This document shows positions 1 to 13,750 of a stretch of DNA of 64,000 nt, one piece after another. The notes under the pieces are model-generated. The model was not told the DNA's origin and ran no database searches. It was given only the letters and a program-made list of their open reading frames with translations. The translations under genes were made by a program, and so were the position numbers. This stretch comes from Octopus sinensis (lineage: Eukaryota). The stretch lies in assembly GCF_006345805.1 (NCBI RefSeq), contig NC_043000.1, positions 86,180,001 to 86,244,000 of the forward strand. Reading direction: 5' to 3'. Numbering within the stretch: the first letter of the stretch is position 1; each line of letters opens with the position of its first letter.

Positions 1-1077
1 ACTCAGTTGAAGAGCCTTGTATTGTTAGTTACTTCATAACCACACTAGTGCCAATGCCACAAAAATGTACCCAATCTATTCAGTAATGTGGATAGTGTTA
101 GGAAGGGTACCCAGCTGTAGAAACTGCCAAAGCAGACACTGGAGCTCAATGCAGGCCTCTGGCTTGTTGGATCCTATTAAACCGTCCAACCCATGCTAGT
201 GTGGGACATATATGTTAAATAATGAAAATAGGTTGTCAGACCAATTGTTTTTGATAGCTACGAGCCCTTTTTATTTTTAATCATTCATAAATAACGAGTA
301 AAACTTGTGAGACAAACTGAGAAAAATACTTCCCTTACCAAAGCATGAGGGAATGTCTGATAAAGTTTAAAATCATGATTTTCAGACAATAGTCTATCAC
401 AATATTTCATAATCTTTTTATTAATGAAGAACCTTTGAAATACACTCCATGTCACCAGAAGTTCCCCACATAAATATTATTGTATGTCATCAGCATTTAG
501 TGGCCATTAAACTATGATACTGATAATGTTGGGAAGCAATGTGTATGTATGTATATATATACATATATATATATATGGTTGAGGTGTGTTCCATTAAGAA
601 CGTATTAGAGTACAAATAGAGATGTATGTTATATCGGTGTGTAAGTGATTGTATAAGTATGAGCTAATGGATGAGTGTATTTCGTGTAATAATACAATTT
701 GGCATGTGCAGAATAACATGTGAAACTAAATAAACAGACAATGTGCACATTGCCGATCATGTCGAACATGTAACAACACACTCATAGCAAGCAGATTGAA
801 ACCGTCAGCATTTGTTAGTTTCAAAGGAGCCATGGATGTAATAGCATTGAAATCAAAATTTACTTGCGGAGACAGTGATTAATATCGCCCGAGGAGATAC
901 GTATGGATCTTATTATACAGGGAAATCGTTACCTAATTTAATTTAATTAAAATTTAAATTTAAATCCTGTATATATATGTAGATCTATATGTATCGAAAC
1001 ATTTGTAGTGATCATTAAAAAGCTGCCTAACCGTACTTACTCTTCCTTTTGACTCTTTTACTCTTTACTTTTTTATA

Positions 1078-1169
<92 letters not shown>

Positions 1170-1825
1170 AGCTGTCTAAGAGTCCATAAGTCAGGAAAAA
1201 ATGCATCTGTTTATCTGTCGATAGAGTGGGTATATTATCCGAAGTGTACAGTATTATACATCTGTAATGGCTAAATAATACTGTACACTTTGGATAATAT
1301 ATATATACATATGTACATATGTACTTATGTACGTACATATGCATCATGTATGTATGTATAAATCATATATGTGTAAATATAAATTATATATATATATATA
1401 TTATATCTTATATCTTTTATCTTTTACTTGTTTCAGTCATTAAACTGCGGCCATGCTAGGGGATCACTTCAAAGAATTTTTAATCAAATGAATTAACCCC
1501 AGTATTGAATATTTGCTGAACTGCTAAGTTACAGGGGCATAAACACACCAACACTGATTGTCAAACAGTGATAAGGGACAAACAAAGAGACAAAGACACA
1601 CACACATAGATATGTATAAACACAATGGATTTTTTTAGTTTCCATCAACCAAATCCACCCACACAGCTTTGGTTGGCACAAGATAGTAGCAGATATTTGC
1701 CCAAGGTGTGATGTACTATATTGCCAACTGAATGATGCCAAATTAGAGTAAAATGTTCACCAAATCAATAATGATGCGGTTAGATACTTTATTATACATT
1801 ACATATTATTATAAATTATATATTA

Positions 1826-2219
1826 CTAGCAGTATCGCCCGGCGTTGCTCGGGTTGTAAGGGAAATAACTATATAAGCATTTTTAGAGAGTTATAGCCAA
1901 AAAATAGCAAAAAAATGCATTAAAAATTGAAAAAAAATTAAGGTAAATTTTTTTTTAAATCGTTGACACATCGTAGATATTTTTAGAGAGTTACTTCCCT
2001 TATATAAAAGCGAAAAAATGCATTAAAATGGAAAAATATGATGGTAAATTTTTTTAAAATCGTAGACTCATCGTAGACGCGCACTAATACCCAGAAGGGC
2101 TCGATATGAATCACAACTATAAAATACCCGCTTTTGGTTAAACTGCACCGCAAAATGTGGGAGTAGTTACGAATCTAAATCGTAGGAGACAGACACACAA
2201 CTTCACTCTTATATAAAGA
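1826..2219 (-). mobile_element. Non-autonomous Helitron (394 bp), same family as 42553
   Basis: Same 3' hairpin and CTAG|T. 5' end A|TCTTTATATAAG. About 170 bp of 5' sequence is shared with the 42553 copy. Confidence 0.85.
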
Positions 2220-2234
2220 TGCTTTTTTTTTCAG

Positions 2235-2549
2235 TCATAGAGTTAGATTTATGAAGGTATTCAGTAGAAAATCCTTCGAATTCTGACTCGCTGCTTGATA
2301 TAATGAAATTTGTATCCATTTTTTGTCAGAATTACAAATTTTGAAAACACAATAGGAACAAATTTCGGAAAAAAATCTCCCATAATTCACGGAATTAAAA
2401 TTACACTTCGATTTTTGTACAAAACTGTAGTTGAAGTGTTTACGAAGTATAATACGTGTTTTCACGAATGTACTAAAGAGATTTGCTCTGATATTCTCAT
2501 TTAAATATGAATAGGTAAATTCAGGCGGTTTGGTAACGAAAGGGTTAAA
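2235..2549. mobile_element. One end of a piggyBac-type MITE
   Basis: Ends GGTAACGAAAGGG|TTAA at 2549. The partner TIR was not found and the left boundary is a guess. Confidence 0.4.
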
Positions 2550-2568
2550 CGGATGCATACATTTATTA

Positions 2569-3498
2569 ATCTCTTATTATAATAACTATATATAAGTGTC
2601 GTCTGTTTATACATAAACACTGTTTCATACTGCAATTATATATACATATATCTATATATAATATTATATAATAAAATATATACAGAGTAAAATAAAAACC
2701 AATTTACCTTTTCTGTATTGTTATAGCAATTCCACCGTCCGTGTGTCTTTGCAAATGTGTTGGAATGATAAGTGAGTTGTGTTTTGGCGCCTTTTTTACT
2801 AATAACAAACACACACGTGTTTGTATGTAGTTGTTTGAAACGTTTGTGTTTGCCACTCTCATATATGTATGTGTATGCATGTGTGTGAGGAATTACACAC
2901 ACACACTCACGCACGCACACATGTACATCAATGCTTTCGGAGTGATATGTTAAAATATTGAGTTTTCTCGAATTCTGTCTTAATTGGTGGTAAAATTGAA
3001 AGAAATTTTTTATGGCATCACCCACTGAAGTACTCTGAAAAATCATGGGTACACTCTAATTGAAGAAATTGTGTGAGGAGTAAATCGTTATGTATTTATT
3101 TGTTTCTGTTTGCTGTTTTTTCTTTTTTAGTAGTGGTTTAAGGTACACTTCTCTCGTTTTATCGAATTAGTTTCACTTTAATCGCTGCAAACATGCAAAG
3201 AGAAAGTCGCAGAAATGAGTGATAGCGTGAGTGAATGAGATCGCTCCCTTTTTGTGTGTGTGCGTGTGCGTGTGGTGTAAACCACATTAAGAAAAGCATT
3301 TGACATACACACCAGAATGTGAGTTTTCTGTAAATTTTGCTTAATTGGAGTTTAAATTTTAAAAACTGGACCTGGCATGACCCGATGCATTCTACTCTTA
3401 AAAATGCTAGGTAAATTGTAATTGAAGAAATCCTATATTGTAGATTTCTATAAGTTACAAAGGGAGGCAGATAAAATCTGCCTTTTATAATAAGAGAT
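2569..3498. mobile_element. 930-bp non-autonomous TIR element, 14-15-bp TIRs, flanked by TTA
   Basis: tta|ATCTCTTATTATAA ... TTATAATAAGAGAT|tta. There is a subterminal hairpin GGCAGAT-aaa-ATCTGCC at about 3466-3482. Confidence 0.6.
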
Positions 3499-3509
3499 TT
3501 ATTATATAT

Positions 3510-4540
3510 GTGGTACGGGTAAAAAGTGTAGTTTATCAGCTTCATGGATCCTCTTGTAATGTCAATCCATGAGAGCCTTACCTGCCTAAACTCTGGCCAG
3601 AACCTAATGGCAAATTCCCCAAATTCACATGGCCACCACATCCATCCTGAGTTACATCCCCAAAGCAAAAGAGGCCCATGTTAATTGTCTTTCTGCTCAC
3701 ACAACCTCCCTCATTCCTGTCTTTCTGGCAAGGCTTCTGGCTGTTCATATAATGTCACTGACCCTATACTATCTTGCTTCAGTCCCACATGCCTCACTGA
3801 TCTCAAAGATCTCCCCATCTTGTCAAAATTCTACCATCCACCTGGGCAGATGTTTCACATGCTGTGACTTCCACAGAGATGAAGTGCTGCATCCTCTCCT
3901 CCACCTTCATCATCCAACAAATTGATGCTCCTGCAGACATCCAAGGTATTATGTACCATTCCATACAGAGATACATTGTTTCAAGAATTAACAGCTATTA
4001 CTATTCCTTTTTCTCATTGAGGTGTGCAGTGTGCATTTGGGAACTTGACCTAGAATTCATCCCCTGCCTGCATGAAGTCAGGCTCTATTTCTTTCACAAG
4101 TTGCTGTGACACCAAACACAAACGTCATCATTCATATCTGAATATCGTTCTATGTAGCACTGACATCTCAGCCTGTCTTGATCGGGCTGATATATGCCAA
4201 AATACTGTCTCAGTTAGTGAGATATGTCCCCTTTCCACCATGGCCTTGATCATGCAATGGTGTCTCTCCACAATCCCATTTCCACTTAGCCTATACACTG
4301 CTCGGAAAAAGTAGTTCACATTCCACTTATCAACCATTTCCTTCAGCACCTCTGAGTGAAATGCAGTGCCACGGTCCATCAGCAATTCATCCACAGAGCC
4401 TGACAAATTCCTCAAACTCACACGACCACCACATCCATCCTGAATGACAGCCCCAAAATAAAAGAGACACACACTCGTCGTCCTTCTGTTTACATGACCT
4501 CCTTTGCTGTCCTTCCACCAAAGAGTCCTCAGCCCCATAA
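3510..4540 (-). mobile_element. Gypsy-like LTR retrotransposon remnant (integrase core and 3' region)
   Basis: ORF 4128-4538 reads VDELLMDRGTAFHSE...YRLSGNGIVERHHCMIK, the rve D..G..F and NG.VER motifs. Confidence 0.75.
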
Positions 4541-6989
4541 TATATTGTATATAATTATTATTTTGATTATTATTATTATTATCATCAACATTATCATTTT
4601 AATGTCCACATTAACATGTTCCCATGATTCAGATGAAATTTATTGAGTGAGGATATGAATTCTGTTTTTATCAGACAAATCTACCTCCACCATCCTAACA
4701 ATAGTCTAATTTAGACTCCTCCACTTTGAGAACATCTTGCTAAAAATTGAGAAACAGAAATAAAACTGGTGATGTTTGGTACCTGAGTACATTAAAAAGA
4801 AATAAATAGAGAAAGGGCCTTGACAGGAAGCATGCAACAATTCAGATAATACAGAGTTGTAAGTAACCATGAATCATAAATTGAGCTTTGAGCTAGTGAA
4901 TTTTCAAAGGATAAAAAATGGGGCTTGTATAGATAGAATAATGAAATAACTAAACATTAATAGCAAAATACATTTTTGCTAAGGCTAAGGAACTTAAAAT
5001 TTTCTGAATAAAACAGATTTTGAATAAAAAAATAAAAAAGCCTGATATAAATTATCATTGATATGATTACAAATTTTTTAGACTATTAACCTCATCTTTA
5101 ATGAGGAAATACCACCATCACCACAGCTACTACTATTGCTTCTGTTATACCACCACCACCCATCCCTACCACCACTGCCCCCTCCTACCATCACTGCTGC
5201 CACCACCACTTTTTTTTACCTGCACTTTTTTTACATCATTTTTACAAGCACTTTTTCCATGCTGACTTGGGTTAGACAAGACTGCTGGAGGCAGTATTCT
5301 TAGTCTGGCTCATCCTGATGCCAACCGTTACTTATTTATCAACTACCATACATTATATCACATTTTTGTATGTAAAATAACCACTGGACATTACATATGG
5401 GAGACACGAACAACAGTACTGCCAAAGTGGCATTAATGCAAAGGCTTAGAACACAAACACACACGTAGTCAGACAAACAGACAGACGGTCAGATACACAC
5501 ATACACATGCACACACAGACACACTCAGTGGTGATGGTAGTGTTTCTGTTTACCAAATCTCACTCATGAGATATTGTTGGGCAACCCACAGAAATAGTAG
5601 AAAACATTTGCCCAGGAACTGAATTCAAAAAGTCTGTGAAGCAAACTTTTTAATTCTATTTTATATCTCCTCTGTGTTTCAATTAGTTCAGTCTCCAGTC
5701 ATCATCAGGTTTCTTATTCCTAGACAAGTACGTAGTACCCTATTGAATTCTAACTAGGAATATTTATTTCTAAACAAACAGTAATAGTCCTCATCCACTA
5801 TGCCACTGACACTTAGATTTTTTAAAGATTTTTAAAACTATTTTTAAAGGCAGTTCTATTTAGTTGATGTTGCTGCTAGGCTTACTCATTGCACTTCAGC
5901 AACCAATATATGTAGTGTCATTAATCGTTCTGTTTTTCTTTTGTGGTTCCAAATGCAAAAAGAGACTCCATAACATTAATATTGGTATTGGTCTAAAAAT
6001 GATGATATTATCAATTCTATAAAAAATAAGTACTTCACAGTTTCCTCAACAAGTTCAATGTACCAAAATCTCTTTAAATTTCGTCAGTCTTTTTTCCAGA
6101 TAGAGACCCTATTTATAAGTCCTAAATCATCAATCAATATTTTCCGCAATCAAGATAGAAAGGAATAACTGAGTAAACCATAAATTCTTCAATTATTAAC
6201 TGCGATATTGGATGAGTTAATCATATACTCTTCAATTAATTTTTTCATCATAGTTTAACTTACAAAGTGCTGATGGAATGTTTAAGATATGTAGCTTTAA
6301 ACCTGCACAATTTACTTTCCATTTAACTAAACAAAAGAGAAAGTGAAACCATACTATATCTCTAATCTACTTTAAGCTTGTATACTACTTCTTGATTAAG
6401 CTTGCATAATGCTTCTGCATGTAAAACTGATTTTGTAACAATACTACTAACACGTGTCTAGATAACTCCCTAAGCTTACAAATAATTGTACAGTATCTCA
6501 TTCTGATACTAATATTTTTAAGCAGTTGTTATTTTGATGATGATGATGATGATGATGATGTTCTTCTTCTTCTTCTTCACCCCCACCATCATCATTGTGA
6601 TCATCATTGTCATCCTTCTGATAAAATTAGAAAATATAGTTTGGCTACAAGATTTTTCCAGTTAGTGTTTAGCTTATAATAAATCAATACATTCTCTGTT
6701 ATTAAATCTATGCTTATTCTGTGAAAGCTTTCTTGTTATTTTAGTTTTGACATTTATTAAATTTGAAAATACTTTAATGCTATAAAATGAAAGATGACAA
6801 AAATATGAAATAAACAAGAACCCCATGAGTTTTAAATGGTCATTTCTAGACAATATGAATGAGTGAATAGCTAAATAAACAGATGGTGCTTAGATAGATT
6901 GCTATTATATTTGATTGTCAAAAATGCTACGTTGCAAAATTATAGTTTATAATAGTACATTCTCTATACAAAAGTATATATATTTTAGT

Positions 6990-7800
6990 TATTTATTTAC
7001 CATACTCCAAACTCTTCCAGCCAGCAGCAGTTGTTTGTCTATCTCTCATCCTGTACTAAAGACATCTATTTCAACTTACTCCTTTATTTAGTCATCATTC
7101 TCAGTGACATTGTACATTTCTTCTTGGTTCTCTCATTAGTCCTACTATGACATTAATGGTACTCAGACTGAATCAATTATTATTCTGAACTGTCCATATC
7201 ATTTATTTTCCTCATCTGCACATAGTTCTAACTATGATTCTGGTACTCCAAACAGACATCATCTTTCTTATCTTCCAGCCTAGCTTTACTCTTCCTTCAA
7301 GAATTCTTATTTCATCAGATTGTCTGACCACTGCTGATCAAGGTAACAGAATTGCTAATTTTTTTACACAGTACAGAACCCATTGGAAAAAATCCTCTGA
7401 TACTTTAAATCAGTTTATAGCAGGTCTCTTTCTTCCAAAATAGTAACCTTTCTTCCTACTCACTACTTCTCAAACATGATGGCTCTCTAAGTAGCACTTC
7501 TACAAATAAAGCTACTACATTTGCCCATCACATTTTTCTCAACACCACATACAAAACAAAACTCACCACCATAAACATTCTATCCTTACTCACTGCTATG
7601 AACACTCGGTTGCCAATGCATGGAAATTTCTCCAATCACTGCAATCCAACAAACTATAGCACTGCTGGTGTCCATTCTATTATTTCCAAATAGTGGACTC
7701 AGAAATGAGCTCATGTATTTATCAAATTCTTCAATCTGTCTCTCTCTCTAAAGGAATTTATCATAAACTATGGCAACATGCAATGATGCATCTGAGTTCT
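6990..7800 (+). mobile_element. Old CR1/Jockey-like LINE remnant, probably continuing at about 10035-10600
   Basis: Decayed motifs: NPTNYS...ISQIVD near 7640-7700 and ctctacaaagcataagtccaacctatgatggaatac (LYK..VQPMMEY-like) near 10170-10205. Heavily mutated. Confidence 0.4.
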
Positions 7801-7925
7801 GATGGTAATGTCATATATACATGCATACATAAATACTTACATACATACATAGATACATACATACATACAAGCAAGCAAACAAACATACATATGATATATA
7901 TTTTTTATATTTATATTTTATATTC

Positions 7926-7969
<44 letters not shown>

Positions 7970-8229
7970 GTGTGTGTGTGTGTGTGTGTGTGAGTGTATG
8001 TGTGTGTTGAGCCACCAACTCAATGTAATGGTTGATCAAGCCATACTATCACTACTTGATCTGAGACCTAGTCTACATCTGACAAGTGGCACACTGTACT
8101 AGTACAAGTTATGATTTTTAGATGGAGAGGTTAGGTTTTATACAGCACAAGCCAATTTCCCTTTAAACAAAATCCTAGTGCTGGTCGTTCAGTAACAACA
8201 TGAGGACAAATCAAATCTAATGGCGATGA

Positions 8230-8792
8230 AGTGATTGTGATGAGAACAGGTTGAGAAAGTCACTGGAGATCTCTAGCTTAAGCTTTGCACATATGGAGGT
8301 AAGAAGTACGTGGCTGTTCTGTGAAACCTATGTGAGCAATTTCGCATTGCCAATTATTCAACTGATAATGCAGGATTTTCTTCAAGTAATGCCTCAAGGA
8401 GCTTATCAAACTCAACTAGACGTCCTGTTCGATCTTCATCTTCAAGGATGAAATCTCCACTTCTGAATTTTGCAAACCATCTTCTTCAAGTTCTTTCATT
8501 AAAGCATTCTTTCCCATAAACTGGGTGTATGTTTCAAGTTGCTTCAGCTGCAGAGTTTCCTTTTTTGTACTCATAAAGCATTATGTGCCTCAAATGCTCT
8601 TTGGATACTTTCATGTTAGAAAGGATTTTAATCAAAGAAAAATTAATTCTATAATTCTATTATAATTAGCTGAAATGTACACAAATGCATAAAGATAATT
8701 TTTAATTCCATTAGACGTTCTAAAATACTATTATATTTCATTCAATTGTAAAAAAAGGTAAAATCGGACAGAAGTTATGGGATGGCCTGATA
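8230..8792 (-). mobile_element. mariner (Tc1/mariner) transposase relic: left end plus N-terminal HTH region
   Basis: The minus strand begins TA-TCAGGCCATCCCATAACTTCTGTCCGATTTT. From ATG 8614 it reads MKVSKEHLRHIMLYEYKKGNSAAEAT...RRWFAKFRSGDFILEDEDRTGR with stops, a typical mariner N-terminus. Confidence 0.8.
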
Positions 8793-8799
8793 CATAATG

Positions 8800-9110
8800 T
8801 TAGAATCATGGAAAATATAAAAGAATTATGGGATCAACTTAGAGATACTATTTATGCATTATGCAGAGAAGATCTTGGGTTTTAATGCTGTAAAAACTAA
8901 GATTGGTTTGATGAAAATGATGAGGTCATAAATGAACAGCTTCAAGAAATGTACCAACTTCACAAAGAATAAATTGTAGATAAGAACACTACTAGAGATA
9001 AAATTAAAAAAAAGGCTTTACAAGTCTTCCAAAAACTCTGTTCAAACTAAACTCCAAAAAATGAAGCAACAGTGGATGAAACAAGAAGGCTAAAGTTCTG
9101 CATGAGTCAG
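8800..9110 (+). mobile_element. Decayed RTE-BovB-like ORF2 fragment (EN-RT linker)
   Basis: Reads LWDQLRDTIY...EDLGF...DWFDENDE across frameshifts. Confidence 0.55.
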
Positions 9111-9114
9111 CTGA

Positions 9115-10030
9115 CAAACATTACATGAAAGGTCTATATGCTGCAAGAGGTAAGGTGGAGAGGCACTTCAGCCAGGGTCCTCACAGGCAAGGCACATAGG
9201 TATAAAATCTTTTGGGAAGGTAACAGTGATGGAGAAGGGGGTGTAGGCATATTCCTTGTGGAGAAATAGGTGGATAAGGTCATAGAGGTAGTCTCAGGGT
9301 ATGCGATAGAGTGCTTAAGCTCAGGCCAGTTCTGCAGAATAGTATAGCTACAATTATCTCTGCCCACAGGTAGGTCAACCAAACCATCAGAAGGACCACT
9401 TTTATGACACCCTTCTACAGGCTACCTCAAAGACGAGTGGCAATGACCTCATCTTTGCAGCTGGAGATTTTAATGGGCATGTCAGACAGCAATGTGGTAT
9501 CTTTCATGGTGTTCACAGGAGCCATGGAATTGGTTCCTGAAATAAAGAGGGTACTAGGCTACCGGAGTTCTGTGATGCATGCAACCAATTAATCTGCAAC
9601 ACTAACTTCAGGAAGCCAGACAGCCACCTGATAACCTATCAATCAGGTGACTCTGCTAGCCGGATTGATTTAATCCTCACCACACAGCGAGATGCAGGAT
9701 CACTCTTAACCCTTTAGCATTCAGATTATTCTGTCAAATGTAAAGCTTATGTATTCACACCATGTAAAATTAATCTTGCATCCTTTCATGGCTTTGAGAT
9801 TTCAATGATGTGATTGTTTATTTTTAAAATGACACAATAAGATAGCTATGAATGACCATACCTGACTAGTTTAAACATAAAATAGGTAGAATATTTTGGC
9901 CGGATATGGCCGGTTTAAACACTAAAGGGTTAAATGCAAAGACCCTCCCCGGTGAAGGATGTACCCTCCCAGCATAGACTAGTTATTAGTGACTTTAGAC
10001 TCAAGGCCAGAAGGATGCCAAGAAGCAGAC
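9115..10030 (+). mobile_element. RTE endonuclease-domain fragment interrupted by a TTAA MITE
   Basis: Decayed APE motifs (AGDFNGH, CNTNFRKPDSHLITYQSG). It resumes after 9933 as NAKTLP...QHRLVISDFRLKARR, matching INAKTFPGEECTPQHRLVVSDF of the 24479-25684 copy. Confidence 0.85.
9710..9929. mobile_element. piggyBac-type MITE (220 bp) with TTAA target-site duplication
   Basis: ttaa|CCCTTTAGCATT...AACACTAAAGGG|ttaa (TTAA at 9706-9709 and 9930-9933). Removing it restores the RTE reading frame. Confidence 0.88.
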
Positions 10031-11444
10031 CAATCCTTTTTTTGAACAATGAAAAAAACAGAGAACCAAGACATGCAACCACATTCACATCATTGCAAAA
10101 ACTGTACTGGAAAGACTTGGGTTCCTCTTAAAGGCTAAAAAATACTTATGCACTGCCCACTTGCTATCTCTACAAAGCATAAGTCCAACCTATGATGGAA
10201 TACCATTCACATATCTAGAACTGTGCTGCTGCTAGAAACATTGACCACATCTACAAGGTTATTTAAATGACTGTCAGAATTATTTGCCAACAGATATGCT
10301 CACAGATATGTCATTTCCTATCTTTGCTTTTTCTACTACAATTAAAATAAACCCTATTCTTCTGAACTAGTTTACTGAACGCAATCTCCAGTCAGATCTA
10401 ATCAACAAAATTTTCTCTCCTTTTTTTCTCATACCTATTGCTATTTCATCCCTCTGTCTTAAACAAAACATTTTTTTTTCTTCAGAATTTTCACCTTGTC
10501 GATATATTTACCCTACAGAAAGTCAAGCAGAGTATCTGTTACAATAACCTCACTAGCCTGGAAGGGCTAAGAAATGTCATAAACACTTCTCCTTCTCTTT
10601 CAGCTCCATCTATGATTATTAATTAAAAAAACAAAAAAAAAACAAAAAACCAATTGATTACTGAAAGAAGACAAAACATTTGGAATCTATAGTTTGACAA
10701 GCAATTATAAACAAAGCGTGAGGTGCTGAAATTAATCAGAGAAGTGAAGAAGAAATTATTTTGATATAAGCCATCTCCTAATACAAGTTTGTTATGGGAA
10801 TAAGATGCTGATTATGCAGAGAAAGCTATTTTGACCAGAACAAACAATTACATAAAAAAACGAGTGTGTTAATTAACCTTTCAGCATCATATATGATTGA
10901 GCTCATATTTAATATTTTATTACTTAATTGTATGAAGAAACTCATAATAGCCTATTTTAATACATCTCTAACACAATATTATATTTTATATTATATTATA
11001 TTTTATCATTATCTTTTACTTGTTTCAGTTATTGAACTTTGCAACTATGCAACCCCAGAACTTTCTTTTTTAAGCTTGGTACTTATTCTATCAGTCTCTT
11101 TTGCTGGCCTAATTCATGGGGATATAAACAAACCAGCACTGGTTGTCAAGCAGTGGTAGGGGACAAACAAACACACACACACACACACACGCACAGCAGG
11201 ATTCTTTCAATTTTCATCTACCAAATCAACTCACAAGACTTTGGCTGGCCCAAATCTATAATAGAAGGCAGTTGTTTAAAGCGTCATGCAGAGGGACTGA
11301 ACCTAGAACCATGTGGCTGAGGAAGCAAACTTCTTACTGCACAGTCACATCTGAACCTGCACCAAACATATATTTCAAAATTAATTATCACATATAATTG
11401 TACTGTAACTTTTTTAATACTTTTTCTTTCAAACATAGTCTACA

Positions 11445-11845
11445 GGCGCAGGAGTAGCTGTGTGGTAAGTAGCTTGCTTACCAACCACATGGTTCCGGGT
11501 TCAGTCCCACTGTGTGGCACCTTGGGCAAGTGTCTTCTACTATAGCCTCGGGCCGACCAAAGCCTTGTGAGTAGATTTGGTAGACGGAAACTGAAAGAAC
11601 CCCATCATATATGTATATATATATATATATATATATGTCTGTGTGTTTGTGTGTCTGTATTTGTCCCCCCAACATCGCTTGACAACCGATGCTGGTGTGT
11701 TTACGTACCCGTAACTTAGCAGTTCAGCAAAAGAGACAGATAGAATAAGTACTAGGCTTACAAAGAATAAGTCCTGGGGTCGATTTGCTTGACTAAAGGC
11801 AGTGCTCCAGCATGGCCACAGTCAAATGACTGAAACAAGTAATAG
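11445..11845 (+). mobile_element. tRNA-derived SINE, family A (internal TA/TG microsatellite), full length
   Basis: Head gcaggagtagctgtgtggtaag...gggttcagtccc (A/B-box-like), 3' end ccagcatggccacagtcaaatgactgaaacaagt. Related copies at about 1410-1735(-), 11025-11345(-), 19435-19810, 22440-22610, 33960-34180, 36170-36550 and 55940-56110(-). Confidence 0.85.
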
Positions 11846-13519
11846 AAAAAAAAGCTCATGTTTTAATTTGTGCCAACCTCATTCTATATTTTGGGAAAAG
11901 TTTGTTTCAGTACTTCATATATATCTCTTTCTAGTCTGCCTAGCTGTTTAAAAGTTCATTAACAGAACTAGCCTTAACAAACATTCCAGCAAAGATTTTT
12001 GGTAATTTACACTGTATGAAGCCATCAATAAAGAAATCTGTTTGGAGTGCCTGATTTCTTCATTAGTGGTTCAGTCTTTTTACTGTTATAATATTTCCTC
12101 TGTCCTTATTACTATTTTTGGAGTTTTCTGTGTGATTAGTGCAGATTTAACTTGCATTCTCCTGTAAGCTAAATCTTATCATTGAGATCTTGCTGCACAA
12201 AAGAGAAAATACAGATTTAATAATGTATCTACAGGAAGGAGTTTTATTAACAAACATGGCTTTCGGTATTTTTACATTGACTAGATTAGCATGTTAGGTC
12301 CACTTAATTTAATCATCAACTTAGGGAAGGATGAGATGTAATATCTCTTTGTCTTTCATGGGAAATAGCTGCATTGTTGAACAAACTGTTTAGTCTGTTA
12401 AAACATACTGCTTAGTCAGACAGTGACAGAGACCATCACTACCACCACCACAGCCACTGCTGCCACCGCCACCACCACCACCAATAATGCTAACAACAAT
12501 GACAACAACAACAATAATGATAATAATAATAATAATAATAATAATAGAAGCAGCACAATTATTTATGCTATGAGAATTAAGAGTGTTTTATTTCATGGTG
12601 GTTTTTGAAAACGAAATTTTCTTTTGTGAGACACTTTAATCCTATAATCCTTCTTATCTATAAACCTTTTACCATTTGTATCTTATCTTGAGTAACATCA
12701 GTAAACTAATGGAGCAATAAAATATTTTTAACATAACTCAGTTCTGGAAGAGAATTACCATTGATTCAAGTTGTTATTCATGACAATTAAGTAGCGTTTA
12801 GTTATACTGGTACTCAGAATAACTTTGTAGTTTACTGTTCAAGTTTATACAACATCAGGGCCTTTGTAACTTACAATTCAACTTTATACAGCATCAAGGC
12901 CAAATCTGACAAATATTTAGCTTGCAGAAGTCAACAACACTTCCTTCCAGCTGTGTTTAGCTGATTTAGTAATGTACTTTGTACATTAATTCTTCAAATG
13001 CTTGGAAAATATCAATATAAAAAGCATGCAAATGACATTTTCTTACAAACTGATTTACCATGGGCAAAGACTCAGAGAAAGAGAACATGTAAGAATATTT
13101 TGTATTTATGCTCATTTTTTTTCATATTATGGTCATATTATGTTATCCAAACTCATTACAATTTATTAATCATTTTCTGTTATAAACTCTGTGGTACAGA
13201 AGTATTACTTTCATTTTATAAATGCAATTTTGAACTATATAACAAATTTATCAAATTTGAATCTTCTACCACCTCAAGGTAGTTTATAAAATGGAATAAA
13301 TTTATGTGGCATGGGAAAGAGAGAATTCTAATGCTTTGGGCAGGAGCCCTTTGTGAAATGAATAAAATTGAAGACAAAAACAAAAAGAAGTGTTTGAGAT
13401 GACTACAAATAAGGTTGCTGAAGAAATGTGTGGCAAAGCGGAATGAGAGGAAGAAAAAGAGAATTTACTAAGTATGTCAAAGAATTAAAAAGAAGATACA
13501 ATGCAGAATTATTTAGCAA

Positions 13520-13750
13520 TAGAGTGGCGAGCTGGCAGAATTGCTAGCATGCCAGGTGAAATGCTTAGTGGTATTTTGTCTGTCGTTATGTTCTGTGTTC
13601 AAATTCTGCCAAAGTCGACTTTGCCTTTCATCCTCTCGGGGTTGATTAAATAAGTACCAGTTATGCACTGGAGGTCGATATAATCAACTTAATCCCATTG
13701 TCTGTCTTTGTTTGTCCCCTCTATGTTTAGCTCCCTGTGGGCAATAAAGA
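13520..13750 (+). mobile_element. tRNA-derived SINE, family B
   Basis: ggcgagctggcagaattgctagc...gttcaaattc...taagtaccag. Related copies at about 19258-19430, 34330-34545(-) and 47120-47275(-). Confidence 0.8.

Noticed and set aside
339-356. Possible 18-nt minus-strand micro-exon (tttatcag|ACATTCCCTCATGCTTTG|gtaagg); similarly a 25-nt candidate near 57039-57063
   Set aside because: Splice-like motifs this short are expected by chance in 64 kb of AT-rich DNA, and there is no homology support.
575-960. Possible Penelope GIY-YIG remnant (KSKFTC...YYTGKS); likewise 50340-50890 with a repeated ~80-bp terminus
   Set aside because: The motif match is too weak to call without a profile search.
1077-1347. 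ORFs such as MCVCV...YIYIY (also about 21007-21376, 26478-26904, 27217-27521, 32204-32608, 39709-40110, 57081-57293)
   Set aside because: These are translations of (TA)n, (TG)n and (CA)n microsatellites, which lack stops in some frames; they are not genes.
5660-5712. Minus-strand CTGATGA...GAAAC
   Set aside because: Helix II and helix III do not pair and there is no NUH or helix I. At best a dead relic.
5880-6500. Protein-like fragments on minus (for example ALCKLN occurring twice)
   Set aside because: All frames are interrupted by stops and no family could be assigned.
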